Shown piece after piece: positions 1 to 8,345 of a DNA stretch of 32,000 nt. The DNA is from Bellilinea caldifistulae (lineage in GTDB: Bacteria > Chloroflexota > Anaerolineae > Anaerolineales > Anaerolineaceae), in NCBI RefSeq assembly GCF_001306055.1, contig NZ_LGHJ01000010.1:120001-152000 (forward strand). The letters run 5' to 3'. The notes below the pieces were generated by a model that did no database searches, was not told the origin of the DNA, and saw only the letters and a program-made list of their open reading frames with translations. The first letter of the stretch is position 1; every line of letters starts with the position of its first letter. A program made the position numbers and the translations under genes.

Positions 1-764
1 TCCTGGGTGTTGACGGATAATTCCCAACATTGATCGCGTTTGCAGCGCTGGATTAAATCGGCTACCAGTGCATAACCAATATTCCGGCGCATAAAAGAGG
101 GATGGACTGCCAGCCTTGCCAGATGGATGGAAAAAAGGTTCGAGGTGCTGATTTGAAAACCGACGATTTTTTCGTCCATTTCGGCAACGGTGGCATACCG
201 GGCGCGTTGAAAGGAAATCTCAATCTGAGAGAGCGAGTTTTGCCAAATCGGTTCAAAGGCTTGCTGGTCAATGGTGGCAACCTGTGGCAGGTCATCTTCC
301 TCCATCGGGCGGATAAATACAAACGGGGGAATGGTTAAGTCCTTGTCGTCCCCTTCCAGCTCCCGGTAGAGGGTTATAATGGCTTGATGGTAGTGAAATC
401 CGCCATCTTTCAAAAGCGGTATCAGCCATTCTTTCAATCCCAAGGCGGCAATGGTTGGAAGGGAATCGGGAGCAAAATCTCCTAAACTTTTAGTAAAGAG
501 GGTTTTCCAGTGTTCATCTGGCGAAATTCCCCGCCGGCAGGCGTAAATCCGCAGCCATGCAATTCCGGGAGGGTCTTCAATCAGGGCAAGCGCTGCGCGA
601 ATACCCTCTTTATCCTCTGCCACCCAAAAGGGTTGTTTGTCGAGCCAGTCTAATGGTGACGACCAGTCCAGATGGTAAAAGACATGATTGGCGTAATTGA
701 GTTCAGCCGAAAGTTGTAGACGATCCTGTGGTGTGGCGCGGCGGATTTGAAAGTGCTCGGACAT
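1..764 (-). CDS. GNAT-family N-acetyltransferase, two acetyltransferase-like halves. The 3' end lies beyond the window, so the gene is absent from the ORF track.
   Basis: My reverse-complement translation from the ATG at 764-762 reads MSEHFQIRRATPQDRLQLSAELNYANHVFY...IHLARLAVHPSFMRRNIGYALVADLIQRCKRD with no stop to position 1. The segment LAVHPSFMRRNIGYALV resembles the acetyl-CoA-binding motif A (R-x-x-G-x-A). The ORF-track entries 62-322(-) and 102-338(+) are other frames inside this gene. Confidence 0.75.
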   Translation of the reverse strand, partial: MSEHFQIRRATPQDRLQLSAELNYANHVFYHLDWSSPLDWLDKQPFWVAEDKEGIRAALALIEDPPGIAWLRIYACRRGISPDEHWKTLFTKSLGDFAPDSLPTIAALGLKEWLIPLLKDGGFHYHQAIITLYRELEGDDKDLTIPPFVFIRPMEEDDLPQVATIDQQAFEPIWQNSLSQIEISFQRARYATVAEMDEKIVGFQISTSNLFSIHLARLAVHPSFMRRNIGYALVADLIQRCKRDQCWELSVNTQ

Positions 765-787
765 AAAAATTCGTCAAAAGGCAATGA

Positions 788-1330
788 CTATTCCACTCCG
801 CTTAAGCGGCGGATGATACCCATCAAATTCCGCAATAAGCGGTCTTTGAAAGATAATTTCGTCTTTTGTTCCAGGGCAGCATCCATGCTGACGAGCGATT
901 CAATGCGTTTCCCTTGGCGTAATTGAATGGCTGAAATGCGCTGCAAGACGTAGGCGCGCATCTCTTTTTCTTGAATTTGCTTGAACAGCGCCGCCGATTG
1001 GGTGAATAATTCCAGGGCTTCATCCAACCGTTTCAGATCTTCCAATGCGCTGGCCAGATTGGCGAGAGCCATTGCCTGCCGTTTGAGATCCCCGGCTTTT
1101 GCGAAAATTTGATCGGTACCAAGGGCTGCCTGATAGGCTTGCTGTGGTTTTCCGGCTTTGAGTAAGGCTACGGAGAGGTTGTTCTTCATTTCCGCCTGTT
1201 GAAGGATCTGGCTTTCGTCCGTCAGGGCTTCCACTGCTGCAGAAAAGGCAATCGCAGCCGTTTCGTAATCCTCGTTCTGATAGGACTCCCATGCTTTTTG
1301 AGTGATGTTCTGAACGTCAACCTCGGACAT
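788..1330 (-). CDS. TPR-like helical repeat protein (180 aa)
   Basis: Ala/Leu-rich units of about 34 residues (AWESYQNEDYETAAIAFSAAVEA, NLSVALLKAGKPQQAYQAA, ALANLASALEDLKRLDEALELF). A GAGGGG RBS lies upstream of the ATG, 23 nt after the upstream gene's stop. Confidence 0.7.
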   Translation of the reverse strand: MSEVDVQNITQKAWESYQNEDYETAAIAFSAAVEALTDESQILQQAEMKNNLSVALLKAGKPQQAYQAALGTDQIFAKAGDLKRQAMALANLASALEDLKRLDEALELFTQSAALFKQIQEKEMRAYVLQRISAIQLRQGKRIESLVSMDAALEQKTKLSFKDRLLRNLMGIIRRLSGVE

Positions 1331-1353
1331 GATTTTCCCCTCGTGCCTAACTT

Positions 1354-2034
1354 CTAATAGGTGATTTCCAGCAATCCTTCGGCAACTGCTCGCAATTTTT
1401 CCACAGAAAGTTCACTCAGGCGCATGGCCAGTTTCAGGTAGGGCAGGTTCACCGGTTTGCAGATGAATTCGCGGACGTCTTCTGGCAATTCCATGAAGCG
1501 CTGCATGGCGAGTCTTTCCCTCCGCCACTGCCCAATCGGCCCACGCTGGTCAAACAATTCTTCCATGCGAATTTGGAGGTGGTCGGTGAGGATTTCCAAT
1601 TCGGGCAGGGGAATGGATTTTTCTCCCAATTCATAGGCTTCGATCCGTTCTTTGGGTAAAGCGGTCTTTTCCTCCATCTGCTGCAAGGTAAGATTTAGAG
1701 TCTGGCGTGCCATGCGCAAGCGAGCGCCAATGATTTTGTGACGCAAAGAAACGTACGCCGGGGCTTGTTCAAATGGCTCTTGCATGCCTTGCCCAAGCAG
1801 GGATTGGGCGCTCCAAAAATGCTCCAGGGGAATATCGAGGTAGTAGGCAAAGGCCTCCAATTGAGGAAGGGAAGGGGCAAGCAACCCGGCTTCAACCTGT
1901 TCGTATTGTTCAGGAGATATTCCCATCACTCTGGCGCATTGTTCGACACTGCGATTGCGGGAAATCCTGGCGTCGTAAATCAATAAACCCAGTTTTCGGG
2001 TTCTCAGTTGGGTTGCCTGCTGGATGGTTTTCAT
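1354..2034 (-). CDS. XRE-family transcriptional regulator with two tandem HTH domains
   Basis: Two Cro/C1-like segments are present (SVEQCARVMGISPEQYEQVEAG and TLQQMEEKTALPKERIEAYELGE). The ORF-track start at 2046 is a GTG. The ATG at 2034 (MKTIQQ) is preferred because GGTGAGGTG sits just upstream as an RBS. Confidence 0.8.
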   Translation of the reverse strand: MKTIQQATQLRTRKLGLLIYDARISRNRSVEQCARVMGISPEQYEQVEAGLLAPSLPQLEAFAYYLDIPLEHFWSAQSLLGQGMQEPFEQAPAYVSLRHKIIGARLRMARQTLNLTLQQMEEKTALPKERIEAYELGEKSIPLPELEILTDHLQIRMEELFDQRGPIGQWRRERLAMQRFMELPEDVREFICKPVNLPYLKLAMRLSELSVEKLRAVAEGLLEITY

Positions 2035-2056
2035 GAAACACCTCACCGAAACGGGA

Positions 2057-2071
2057 TGAACGAATCGTTCA
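2057..2071. promoter_or_regulatory. Perfect palindrome TGAACGA-A-TCGTTCA, a candidate operator for the adjacent XRE regulator
   Basis: Read directly: arms 2057-2063 and 2065-2071 are exact reverse complements. The palindrome lies between the extended -10 and the RBS of the XRE gene and covers the expected transcription start. Confidence 0.45.
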
Positions 2072-2075
2072 CCTC

Positions 2076-2084
2076 ATTATAGCA
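2076..2084 (-). promoter_or_regulatory. Extended -10 promoter element TGCTATAAT for the XRE-TPR-GNAT genes
   Basis: The reverse complement of 2076-2084 is TGCTATAAT (TGn + TATAAT). It sits in the 55-nt gap after the cpaF-like stop. No good -35 is present, which is consistent with an extended -10 type promoter. Confidence 0.5.
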
Positions 2085-2101
2085 TTGCCCGAAAAAATTT
2101 T

Positions 2102-3409
2102 TTACCTTCGGCGTCCCAGCATACTGCTCAAATCGGCTCCGAACACTTCCGGCCCCAGTTTAAATCCGGCCGCTTCCAGGCGCGGCATAAAGAGCGGGCG
2201 AATACCGGTTGGTTTGAGTTCGCCGATCACTTTACCATCAGGAGCGATACCGGTTTGCTGGAATTTGAAGATGTCGGTCATCACTACGGTTTCACCTTCC
2301 ATGCCGGCGATTTCGGTGATTGAGGTTACTTTTCGCGTACCATCTTTGAGGCGTGTTTGCTGGATGATCATATCAATGGCTGAGGCAATTTGTTCGCGGA
2401 TGACACGTACCGGCAAATCCATGCCTGCCATCAGGCACATCGTTTCAAGGCGTGAAATGGCATCCCGCGGCGAATTGGCGTGCAACGTGGTCAGAGAGCC
2501 GTCGTGGCCGGTGTTCATGGCTTGCAGCATATCCAGTGCTTCTCCGCCGCGCACCTCACCGACAATGATTCGGTCGGGGCGCATCCGAAGCGCATTGCGT
2601 ACCAAATCGCGAATGGTGACCACGCCTTTGCCCTCACTATTCGGCGGCTTGGTTTCCAGCCGGACGACATGCTCCTGTTGAAGTTTCAATTCGGCGGCGT
2701 CTTCGATGGTCACAATCCGCTCTTCTTCGGGAATGAAACCGGAAAGGACATTCAATAAGGTGGTTTTGCCGGAGCCGGTGCCACCGGAAATGATTATGTT
2801 CAGGCGTGCCATCACGCAGGCGCGGATAAATTCTGCCATGGTTGGCGTGAGGGAGCCAAAGCGGATCAATTCTTCAATGGAGAGTTTCTCCTTTTGAAAC
2901 TTGCGAATGGTAATGGTCGGGCCGTCAATGGCAACCGGCGGAATGACGGCATTGACCCGTGAGCCGTCCGGCAAGCGGGCATCCACCGTGGGGCTGTCCG
3001 GATCAATCCGCCGCCCCAAAGGCAAGATGATTTTCTCGATGATGCGCATGACGGCGGCATCGTCTTCAAAAGCAATGTTGGTTTTGAGGATTTTGCCTTT
3101 TTTCTCGATGTAGACCTTTTTTGCGCCGTTGACCATCACCTCGCTGATTTCCGGGTCATCCAAAAGCGGTTGAAGGATGCCGAACCCGAGCAGTTCATCC
3201 ATGATTTCGCGGAAGAGTTGATCGCGCAGGGTGGTCGGCAGACTGATTTTCAGACCGTTATAGGCCTGAGTGAGCAGTTGAGAGACCACCTTGCGGCGGT
3301 CTTCGGTCAGACGAGGATTGTTTTCCAGTTCCCGCGAAATTAAGGTGATCAGGTGGTTTTTTAATTTGGCAATTTCAGCAGCGTGTTGGGAGGGAATGGC
3401 CGGGTTCAT
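2102..3409 (-). CDS. cpaF: CpaF/TadA-family type II/IV secretion-system ATPase (435 aa)
   Basis: Walker A is GGTGSGKTT and Walker B region is [12 protein letters not shown]. The His box [13 protein letters not shown] and N-terminal [22 protein letters not shown] are typical of CpaF/VirB11-like ATPases. The ATG overlaps the upstream stop as ATGA. Confidence 0.92.
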   Translation of the reverse strand: MNPAIPSQHAAEIAKLKNHLITLISRELENNPRLTEDRRKVVSQLLTQAYNGLKISLPTTLRDQLFREIMDELLGFGILQPLLDDPEISEVMVNGAKKVYIEKKGKILKTNIAFEDDAAVMRIIEKIILPLGRRIDPDSPTVDARLPDGSRVNAVIPPVAIDGPTITIRKFQKEKLSIEELIRFGSLTPTMAEFIRACVMARLNIIISGGTGSGKTTLLNVLSGFIPEEERIVTIEDAAELKLQQEHVVRLETKPPNSEGKGVVTIRDLVRNALRMRPDRIIVGEVRGGEALDMLQAMNTGHDGSLTTLHANSPRDAISRLETMCLMAGMDLPVRVIREQIASAIDMIIQQTRLKDGTRKVTSITEIAGMEGETVVMTDIFKFQQTGIAPDGKVIGELKPTGIRPLFMPRLEAAGFKLGPEVFGADLSSMLGRRR

Positions 3410-3711
3410 TGCTCACCTGCCTGATTTTGTTTCAATTCGCTTTGGGGCAGCACCCATTCGATGTTGGCGACATTGACCGCCACAAAAGCACATTCGTATA
3501 TGAGGTTTTTCCCCTCACGATCGAAAATTTTTGCCTGTGTAACCGCCAAAAATGCGGTGGTGCGGTCCAATTCGTCCTTCAGGCGGTCCTCAGGGCGGAC
3601 ATGAACGCGTCCGTAAATGCAACTGGTAGGAGTCTGGATGACGACATCAACCGGTTCTTTGGTGACAACCTGCGTAAAAATCTTTCCTTTTTCTTCAAAG
3701 TTGGCGAACAT
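3406..3711 (-). CDS. Small soluble protein of unknown function (101 aa), translationally coupled to the ATPase gene
   Basis: An intact ORF with a non-repetitive, beta-strand-like sequence (VDVVIQTPTSCIYGRVHV, FLAVTQAKIFD, AFVAVNVANIEWVL). It has a 4-nt ATGA overlap with the cpaF-like start. I do not recognise the family. Confidence 0.6.
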   Translation of the reverse strand: MFANFEEKGKIFTQVVTKEPVDVVIQTPTSCIYGRVHVRPEDRLKDELDRTTAFLAVTQAKIFDREGKNLIYECAFVAVNVANIEWVLPQSELKQNQAGEQ

Positions 3712-3730
3712 AATGACTTTGGCCTTTCTT

Positions 3731-4438
3731 TCAGGAATGGGTTGCCTGGTCGGGTGCCGGCATTAAGTACCCCAAACCGGAACGGGTGACAATGTGTTGA
3801 GGGTTGTGAGGGTCATCTTCCAGTTTCTGGCGCAAGCGGGCAATGCTGACCCATAAAATTTCCTTATCCTCACGGTAGGATTCGCCCCACACAGCGGTGA
3901 GCAGCTCTTCGGCGGTCAGGATGCGCCCGGCATGCTGGGCAAATTGTATCAACAGGCGGTATTCCGTAGCCGAGAGATAAATCTGGCGGTCATCTTTCCA
4001 GACTTCAGCCCGGGCAAAATCAATGCGCAGATTTTTGTGGGTGAAGTAGCGATTTTGAATGCCGTGTTGGGGGGTTTTTGCCCGGCGGAGCACAGCCCGC
4101 ACCCGCGCAACCAGTTCGGTAGCCGAGAATGGTTTGGTAACATAATCATCCGCGCCGACGTTCAAACCTTTAACCCGATCCTGTTCTTCTCCCCGAGCGG
4201 TCAACATAATTATAGGCACGTCCGAAAACTGGCGGATGCGTTCACAAGTGCTGAATCCATCCAGGCGCGGCATTGCCACATCCAGAATAATCAGGTCGGG
4301 CTGACGGGAGGTCACCAGCTCAATGGCTTCCTCGCCATCTCGTGCTGCAATAACTTCGTACCCCTCGGTTTCGAGGTTGACCCGCAGCAGATGCCGGTAC
4401 AGTTGTTCATCATCAACCACCAAAATTCGGGTGCCCAT
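3731..4438 (-). CDS. OmpR/PhoB-family response regulator
   Basis: Receiver motifs are VVDDE, LIILDVAMP and TKPF. The C-terminal winged helix reads LTAVWG...VSIARLRQKLE...IVTRSGLGYLM. A GGAGGA RBS is present. Confidence 0.93.
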   Translation of the reverse strand: MGTRILVVDDEQLYRHLLRVNLETEGYEVIAARDGEEAIELVTSRQPDLIILDVAMPRLDGFSTCERIRQFSDVPIIMLTARGEEQDRVKGLNVGADDYVTKPFSATELVARVRAVLRRAKTPQHGIQNRYFTHKNLRIDFARAEVWKDDRQIYLSATEYRLLIQFAQHAGRILTAEELLTAVWGESYREDKEILWVSIARLRQKLEDDPHNPQHIVTRSGLGYLMPAPDQATHS

Positions 4439-4487
4439 TTTTTATCCTCCTTCGGTCACTTCCGCCTGCCATAAACAGGTGGGATTT

Positions 4488-5696
4488 TCATTCTATGGTT
4501 TCGGGTAAGATAATGTGGAAGGTAGTGCCTTCCCCAACTTTGGATGTCAGCGTGATTTCGCCATGGTGAGCCTGAATGATTTGACGGCAAATGAAAAGAC
4601 CCAGTCCGGAGCCGTGTACATTGGTTTGCTGATCGGGAACTCGGAAAAAGCGGTCGAAAATTCGTTCCTGATACTTTTCGGGAATGCCCGGGCCTTCGTC
4701 CCGGATATCTACTTTCACACCGTTCTTTATGGATCGGATTGTAATGTAGACCGGTGAAGCGGGTGCGTATTTTTCAGCATTGGTGAGCAGATTTTCAAAC
4801 ACCTGAACCAGACGACGGGGATCGGCCTGGATCGGTTTGAGTGGTTGTTCAATATCAGTATGAATGACCAGTCCGGGATGATGCAAGGCAAGGCGGGTTA
4901 ACAGGTCGTTGACCAGCGATTCGAGGCGCACCTGTTGAAAGTTCATCACAATTTGACCGGCCTGCAATTTTGCCGAATCGAGAAGGTTGGCAATCAGATC
5001 CTGCAGTCGGTCGGTTTCGTTGTCAATAATGGATAAAAACTCCCGCTGAGTTTTTTCATCCCAGTTAGCATCGGTACGAAGCAGGGTAGTGGTGTATCCC
5101 TTGATGAATCCCAGCGGTGTGCGTAATTCATGTGAGACGGTGGAGATAAAATCTTCTTGAACTTGAAATACGCGGTATTGAAATTCCAGATGGTCGTGAT
5201 CGCGTTTCAGGTATTCATATTGAATCTGGCGCGAGAGCAGGCGAGCAATCATATGGGCAAATTTGATTTGCTCCGCCGAATAAGGTGGGCTGCCAAACCG
5301 GATAAACACCAGAGCGCCGAAGACCTGGGATGGAGTAGCCAATGGCAGGGCCAGTGTGTAGGGCTGTTTCAAACGATTGAGGGGGTCGGCTTCTTCCGGT
5401 TCTTGCAGCACAATTTGGCGGGATTCGATCACCCGGGCGGCGATGATTTCCCCCCAGGCAACATCGGCTTCAGCGGATTTTCCTCTGCCGGTGGCTTTGG
5501 CAAAGGCAGCCTCCAGGGTGAGATTCATCGGATCCAGCAGATAAACCACCAGATTGTCAAAAATGAAATAGGGGCGAATCATCTTGACAAGCTGGTTTGC
5601 GGACTCCCGCCATGATTTCATCTCCCAAAAAGTTTGCACAATTTGGTAGAAAATATTGGCATCGAGGTCTTTCATGGGGTTTTCTTTATGGTTCAT
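4488..5696 (-). CDS. Soluble sensor histidine kinase with an N-terminal GAF-like domain
   Basis: H-box is FISTVSHELRTPL. ATP-binding boxes are LLTNAEKYA, DEGPGIP and GSGLGLFICRQI. No hydrophobic TM segments are seen, and the roughly 170-aa N-terminal region looks GAF-like. Confidence 0.9.
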   Translation of the reverse strand: MNHKENPMKDLDANIFYQIVQTFWEMKSWRESANQLVKMIRPYFIFDNLVVYLLDPMNLTLEAAFAKATGRGKSAEADVAWGEIIAARVIESRQIVLQEPEEADPLNRLKQPYTLALPLATPSQVFGALVFIRFGSPPYSAEQIKFAHMIARLLSRQIQYEYLKRDHDHLEFQYRVFQVQEDFISTVSHELRTPLGFIKGYTTTLLRTDANWDEKTQREFLSIIDNETDRLQDLIANLLDSAKLQAGQIVMNFQQVRLESLVNDLLTRLALHHPGLVIHTDIEQPLKPIQADPRRLVQVFENLLTNAEKYAPASPVYITIRSIKNGVKVDIRDEGPGIPEKYQERIFDRFFRVPDQQTNVHGSGLGLFICRQIIQAHHGEITLTSKVGEGTTFHIILPETIE

Positions 5697-5701
5697 CCGA
5701 A

Positions 5702-6784
5702 TTAAGCCTCCTTGAAAGGCGCCAGTTTCCGTTTGAGAGCGAAAGAAAAGCGGCTGCCTCTTCCTAATTCTGAAAGGACTTGAATGGATGAGTCGTGAGC
5801 CTCGATGATTTTTTGTGCCAGCGAAAGCCCAAGGCCGGTACCACCGTATTTTCGGGTGGGGCTGTTATCCAGTTGATGAAAGGGTTCGAACAGTTCGCCC
5901 ATTCGATTTGGCGGAATACCGATACCGGTATCGCTCACTCGCACGGTGACGTGCAGGTCATCCGGGATCAATTCAACGGTGATTTTTCCACCCGGGGGTG
6001 TGAATTTGATGGCATTATCCAGCAACTGGTAAATCACCCAGCCGATTTTCTCCTGGTCGCCGTAAACGACAGGCACCTCGGCGGGTGAGATCAACTGGAC
6101 TTCATGCTGATGATCTCTGGCTTTGGCATGAATCTGAGTGATGATCTCACTGGAAAGCGTGCGTAAATCCAGCGGTAGCCATTGGATGGGCAGTTGAGTT
6201 CGTTCGGCAGTCGCAAACAGAATCAAGTCCTCGATCAACCTCTCCAGTCGGTCGGTTGAGCGTTGCATGGTTCGCAGGGCATTGATCTGTTCGGCGTTTA
6301 ATTCTCCCAAATCCCCTGAAAGTAATAAATCCTGATAGCCGCGTACATGAGTAAGGGGGGTACGTAATTCATGGGAGATGTTGGCAATAAAATTGGCTTT
6401 GAGCTGGGAAAGTTCCGCCAGTTTTTCCAGCGCCTTTTCCAATTCAGCGGTTCGCTCCCGGACACGTTGTTCCAGCTGGCGATTGGTTTCCTGAAGGGCA
6501 TTCCGTAACTGCAAAACATGTTCGGTTATGGCTGTTTCCAAATCGGCACGGGTGATCATTCCCATTTCAACCAGCAATTCTCCCAGCAGAGGCACATCTT
6601 CTTGAGTTTTTCTTAAGACGGCTTGCTGCTGCAGAGCGGATTGTAACTGCTCGGTAGAAATCAGACCCCGCTCAACCAGATAGTCCCCCAGGCGGGGAAC
6701 TAAAATTTCGGGGGTGAGGGCTGGTTTTTTTGGGGGGGCGGTCTGGTTCATGGGATTACCTTTCCCAAACCCATTCTCCGGCAA
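5702..6784 (-). CDS. Soluble histidine kinase with an N-terminal MshEN / T2SS-E N-terminal-like (putative c-di-GMP-binding) domain
   Basis: The N-terminus carries RLGDYLVERGLISTEQLQSALQQQ and LLGELLVEMGMITRADLETAITEH, followed by a coiled coil. H-box is FIANISHELRTPL, and the ATP-binding boxes are LLDNAIKFT, DTGIGIP and GGTGLGLSLA. An alternative start at 6751 (MNQTAPP) would remove the 29-nt overlap with the upstream gene. Confidence 0.9.
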   Translation of the reverse strand: MPENGFGKGNPMNQTAPPKKPALTPEILVPRLGDYLVERGLISTEQLQSALQQQAVLRKTQEDVPLLGELLVEMGMITRADLETAITEHVLQLRNALQETNRQLEQRVRERTAELEKALEKLAELSQLKANFIANISHELRTPLTHVRGYQDLLLSGDLGELNAEQINALRTMQRSTDRLERLIEDLILFATAERTQLPIQWLPLDLRTLSSEIITQIHAKARDHQHEVQLISPAEVPVVYGDQEKIGWVIYQLLDNAIKFTPPGGKITVELIPDDLHVTVRVSDTGIGIPPNRMGELFEPFHQLDNSPTRKYGGTGLGLSLAQKIIEAHDSSIQVLSELGRGSRFSFALKRKLAPFKEA

Positions 6785-8345
6785 TCATGGTTTTCAGGGG
6801 GCGTATTTCATATAGACGTTGAGGTGGAGTGCGGAAGGGATCTTCTTCTAATACGATCAAGTCGGCATCGAATCCGGGTTGCAGTTTGCCGGCTTCGTTT
6901 TCGCGTCCGGCGGTGTAAGCAGGGTTAACCGTGTAGGCTTCCAATGCTTGCTGAAGGGAGAGGCGTTCTTGCGGATACCATCCTTCGGGCGATGGATAAC
7001 CGGAGTGTCGTTGTCGGGTAACTGCCGCGTGGATACCCCAAAACGGATTGGGCGATTCCACAGGTGCATCCGATCCAAAGGTCAGGCGGGTGCCAAGAGC
7101 CGCAAGGGTTTGGAAAGCGTAGGCAAAGCGGGCGCGCTCACCCCAATACCGGTCGGCAATGTCCATGTCAGAAGTGGCATGGATGGGTTGCATGGAAGCG
7201 ATGATGTCGTGTTGTGCCAGTAGGGAGACATGATTGGGATGAAGCACCTGCACATGTTCAATTCGGTGACGCAAATGAGGGCGGTTTTCTTGATGCTCAT
7301 ACTGGCGCAATTGCGCGTAGGCTTTGATTACTTCGTGGTTGGCGTGATCGCCGATGGCGTGAATGGCAAGGCTCAACCCGCTGGTGGAGGCGCGCTGACC
7401 AATTTCGAGGATTTCTTCTGAATCCAGAAAAAGTATACCTGTATCGGTGGAACTTCCCTCGTAAGGCTGTAACATGGCGGCAGTTTGCGGCCCAAGTGCG
7501 CCATCCGCAAAACATTTTACCGGGCCAATCCGCAGCCATGGGCTACCAAAGCCACTGCGCAGACCAATTTCGACGGCTTCTTCGAGATTCTCCAGAGGAA
7601 TGCTTTTGACCACTCTCAATTTCAGTAGGCCGGCTTGCTCCAGCTCCTGCAAGGCCATGAAGCACTGGCGGCGGTCGAAATCATGGACACCGGTCAACCC
7701 CATGCTCCAAAGGTGAGGTTGAGCGGCTTCAATTGCCTGCCGGACTTGCGGCAGGGTGGCTTCCGGGATGACTTTTTCAACCAGCGTCATGGCGGACTCG
7801 AAAAGAATGCCGGTTGGTTTACCGCTTTCATCCCGCTGGATGCGGCCATCGGGAGGATCAGGGGTGTTCTGGTCAATACCGGCAGCCTGCAGGGCAAGGC
7901 TGTTTGCCCAGGCCGCGTGAAGCGATTTGGCGGTTAAGTAAACCGGGTGGTTCGGCGCGGCTTCATCCAGTAAAACGGCATTACCAAACCCTTCTTCCCA
8001 GACGTTTTGATTCCACCCGTGGCCACGAATCCAGGTATGGGCTGGTGTGTTGCGGGCTTTCTGCGTTACCCTTTGCAAACACTCCGCGCGGGTGGGGGTT
8101 TCGCAATCCACGTACTGCAATCCGAGGGCGTAATGCTGAAGGTGAAGGTGGGAATCGGTCAAACCGGGTAAGACGGTCAAGCCGTTCAGATTGAACCGCT
8201 TTGCACGAAGCGGTAACGCGGCTTCGGTTTCCTCCACGCTGCCGGCTGCCAAAATCTTTCCGTTGCCAATGGCCAGTGCCTGAACAGTTGGCTGCCCCGG
8301 TTGAAAGGTGTAGAAGGTGGCGTTATACAGCAAATACAACTTCAA
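6756..8345 (-). CDS. Amidohydrolase-family metallohydrolase (YtcJ-like, amidohydrolase 3)
   Basis: Metal-ligand motif is GLTDSHLHLQ, with later HAIGD, IEHVQ and GSDAP motifs typical of the family. It has a TTG start overlapping the parB stop as TTGA. Confidence 0.88.
   Translation of the reverse strand: MKLYLLYNATFYTFQPGQPTVQALAIGNGKILAAGSVEETEAALPLRAKRFNLNGLTVLPGLTDSHLHLQHYALGLQYVDCETPTRAECLQRVTQKARNTPAHTWIRGHGWNQNVWEEGFGNAVLLDEAAPNHPVYLTAKSLHAAWANSLALQAAGIDQNTPDPPDGRIQRDESGKPTGILFESAMTLVEKVIPEATLPQVRQAIEAAQPHLWSMGLTGVHDFDRRQCFMALQELEQAGLLKLRVVKSIPLENLEEAVEIGLRSGFGSPWLRIGPVKCFADGALGPQTAAMLQPYEGSSTDTGILFLDSEEILEIGQRASTSGLSLAIHAIGDHANHEVIKAYAQLRQYEHQENRPHLRHRIEHVQVLHPNHVSLLAQHDIIASMQPIHATSDMDIADRYWGERARFAYAFQTLAALGTRLTFGSDAPVESPNPFWGIHAAVTRQRHSGYPSPEGWYPQERLSLQQALEAYTVNPAYTAGRENEAGKLQPGFDADLIVLEEDPFRTPPQRLYEIRPLKTMIAGEWVWER

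Noticed and set aside
62-338. ORF-track entries 62-322(-) and 102-338(+)
   Set aside because: Both lie inside, and out of frame with, the GNAT gene that reads through to the window edge. Their sequences are Arg/Pro-rich with no recognisable family.
2057-2071. Reading the palindrome as a LexA (Cheo-type) box
   Set aside because: The core is GAAC-N5-GTTC, not the GAAC-N4-GTTC spacing of the Gram-positive SOS box as I recall it. The downstream gene is an XRE regulator, not an SOS gene. It is kept as an XRE operator candidate instead.
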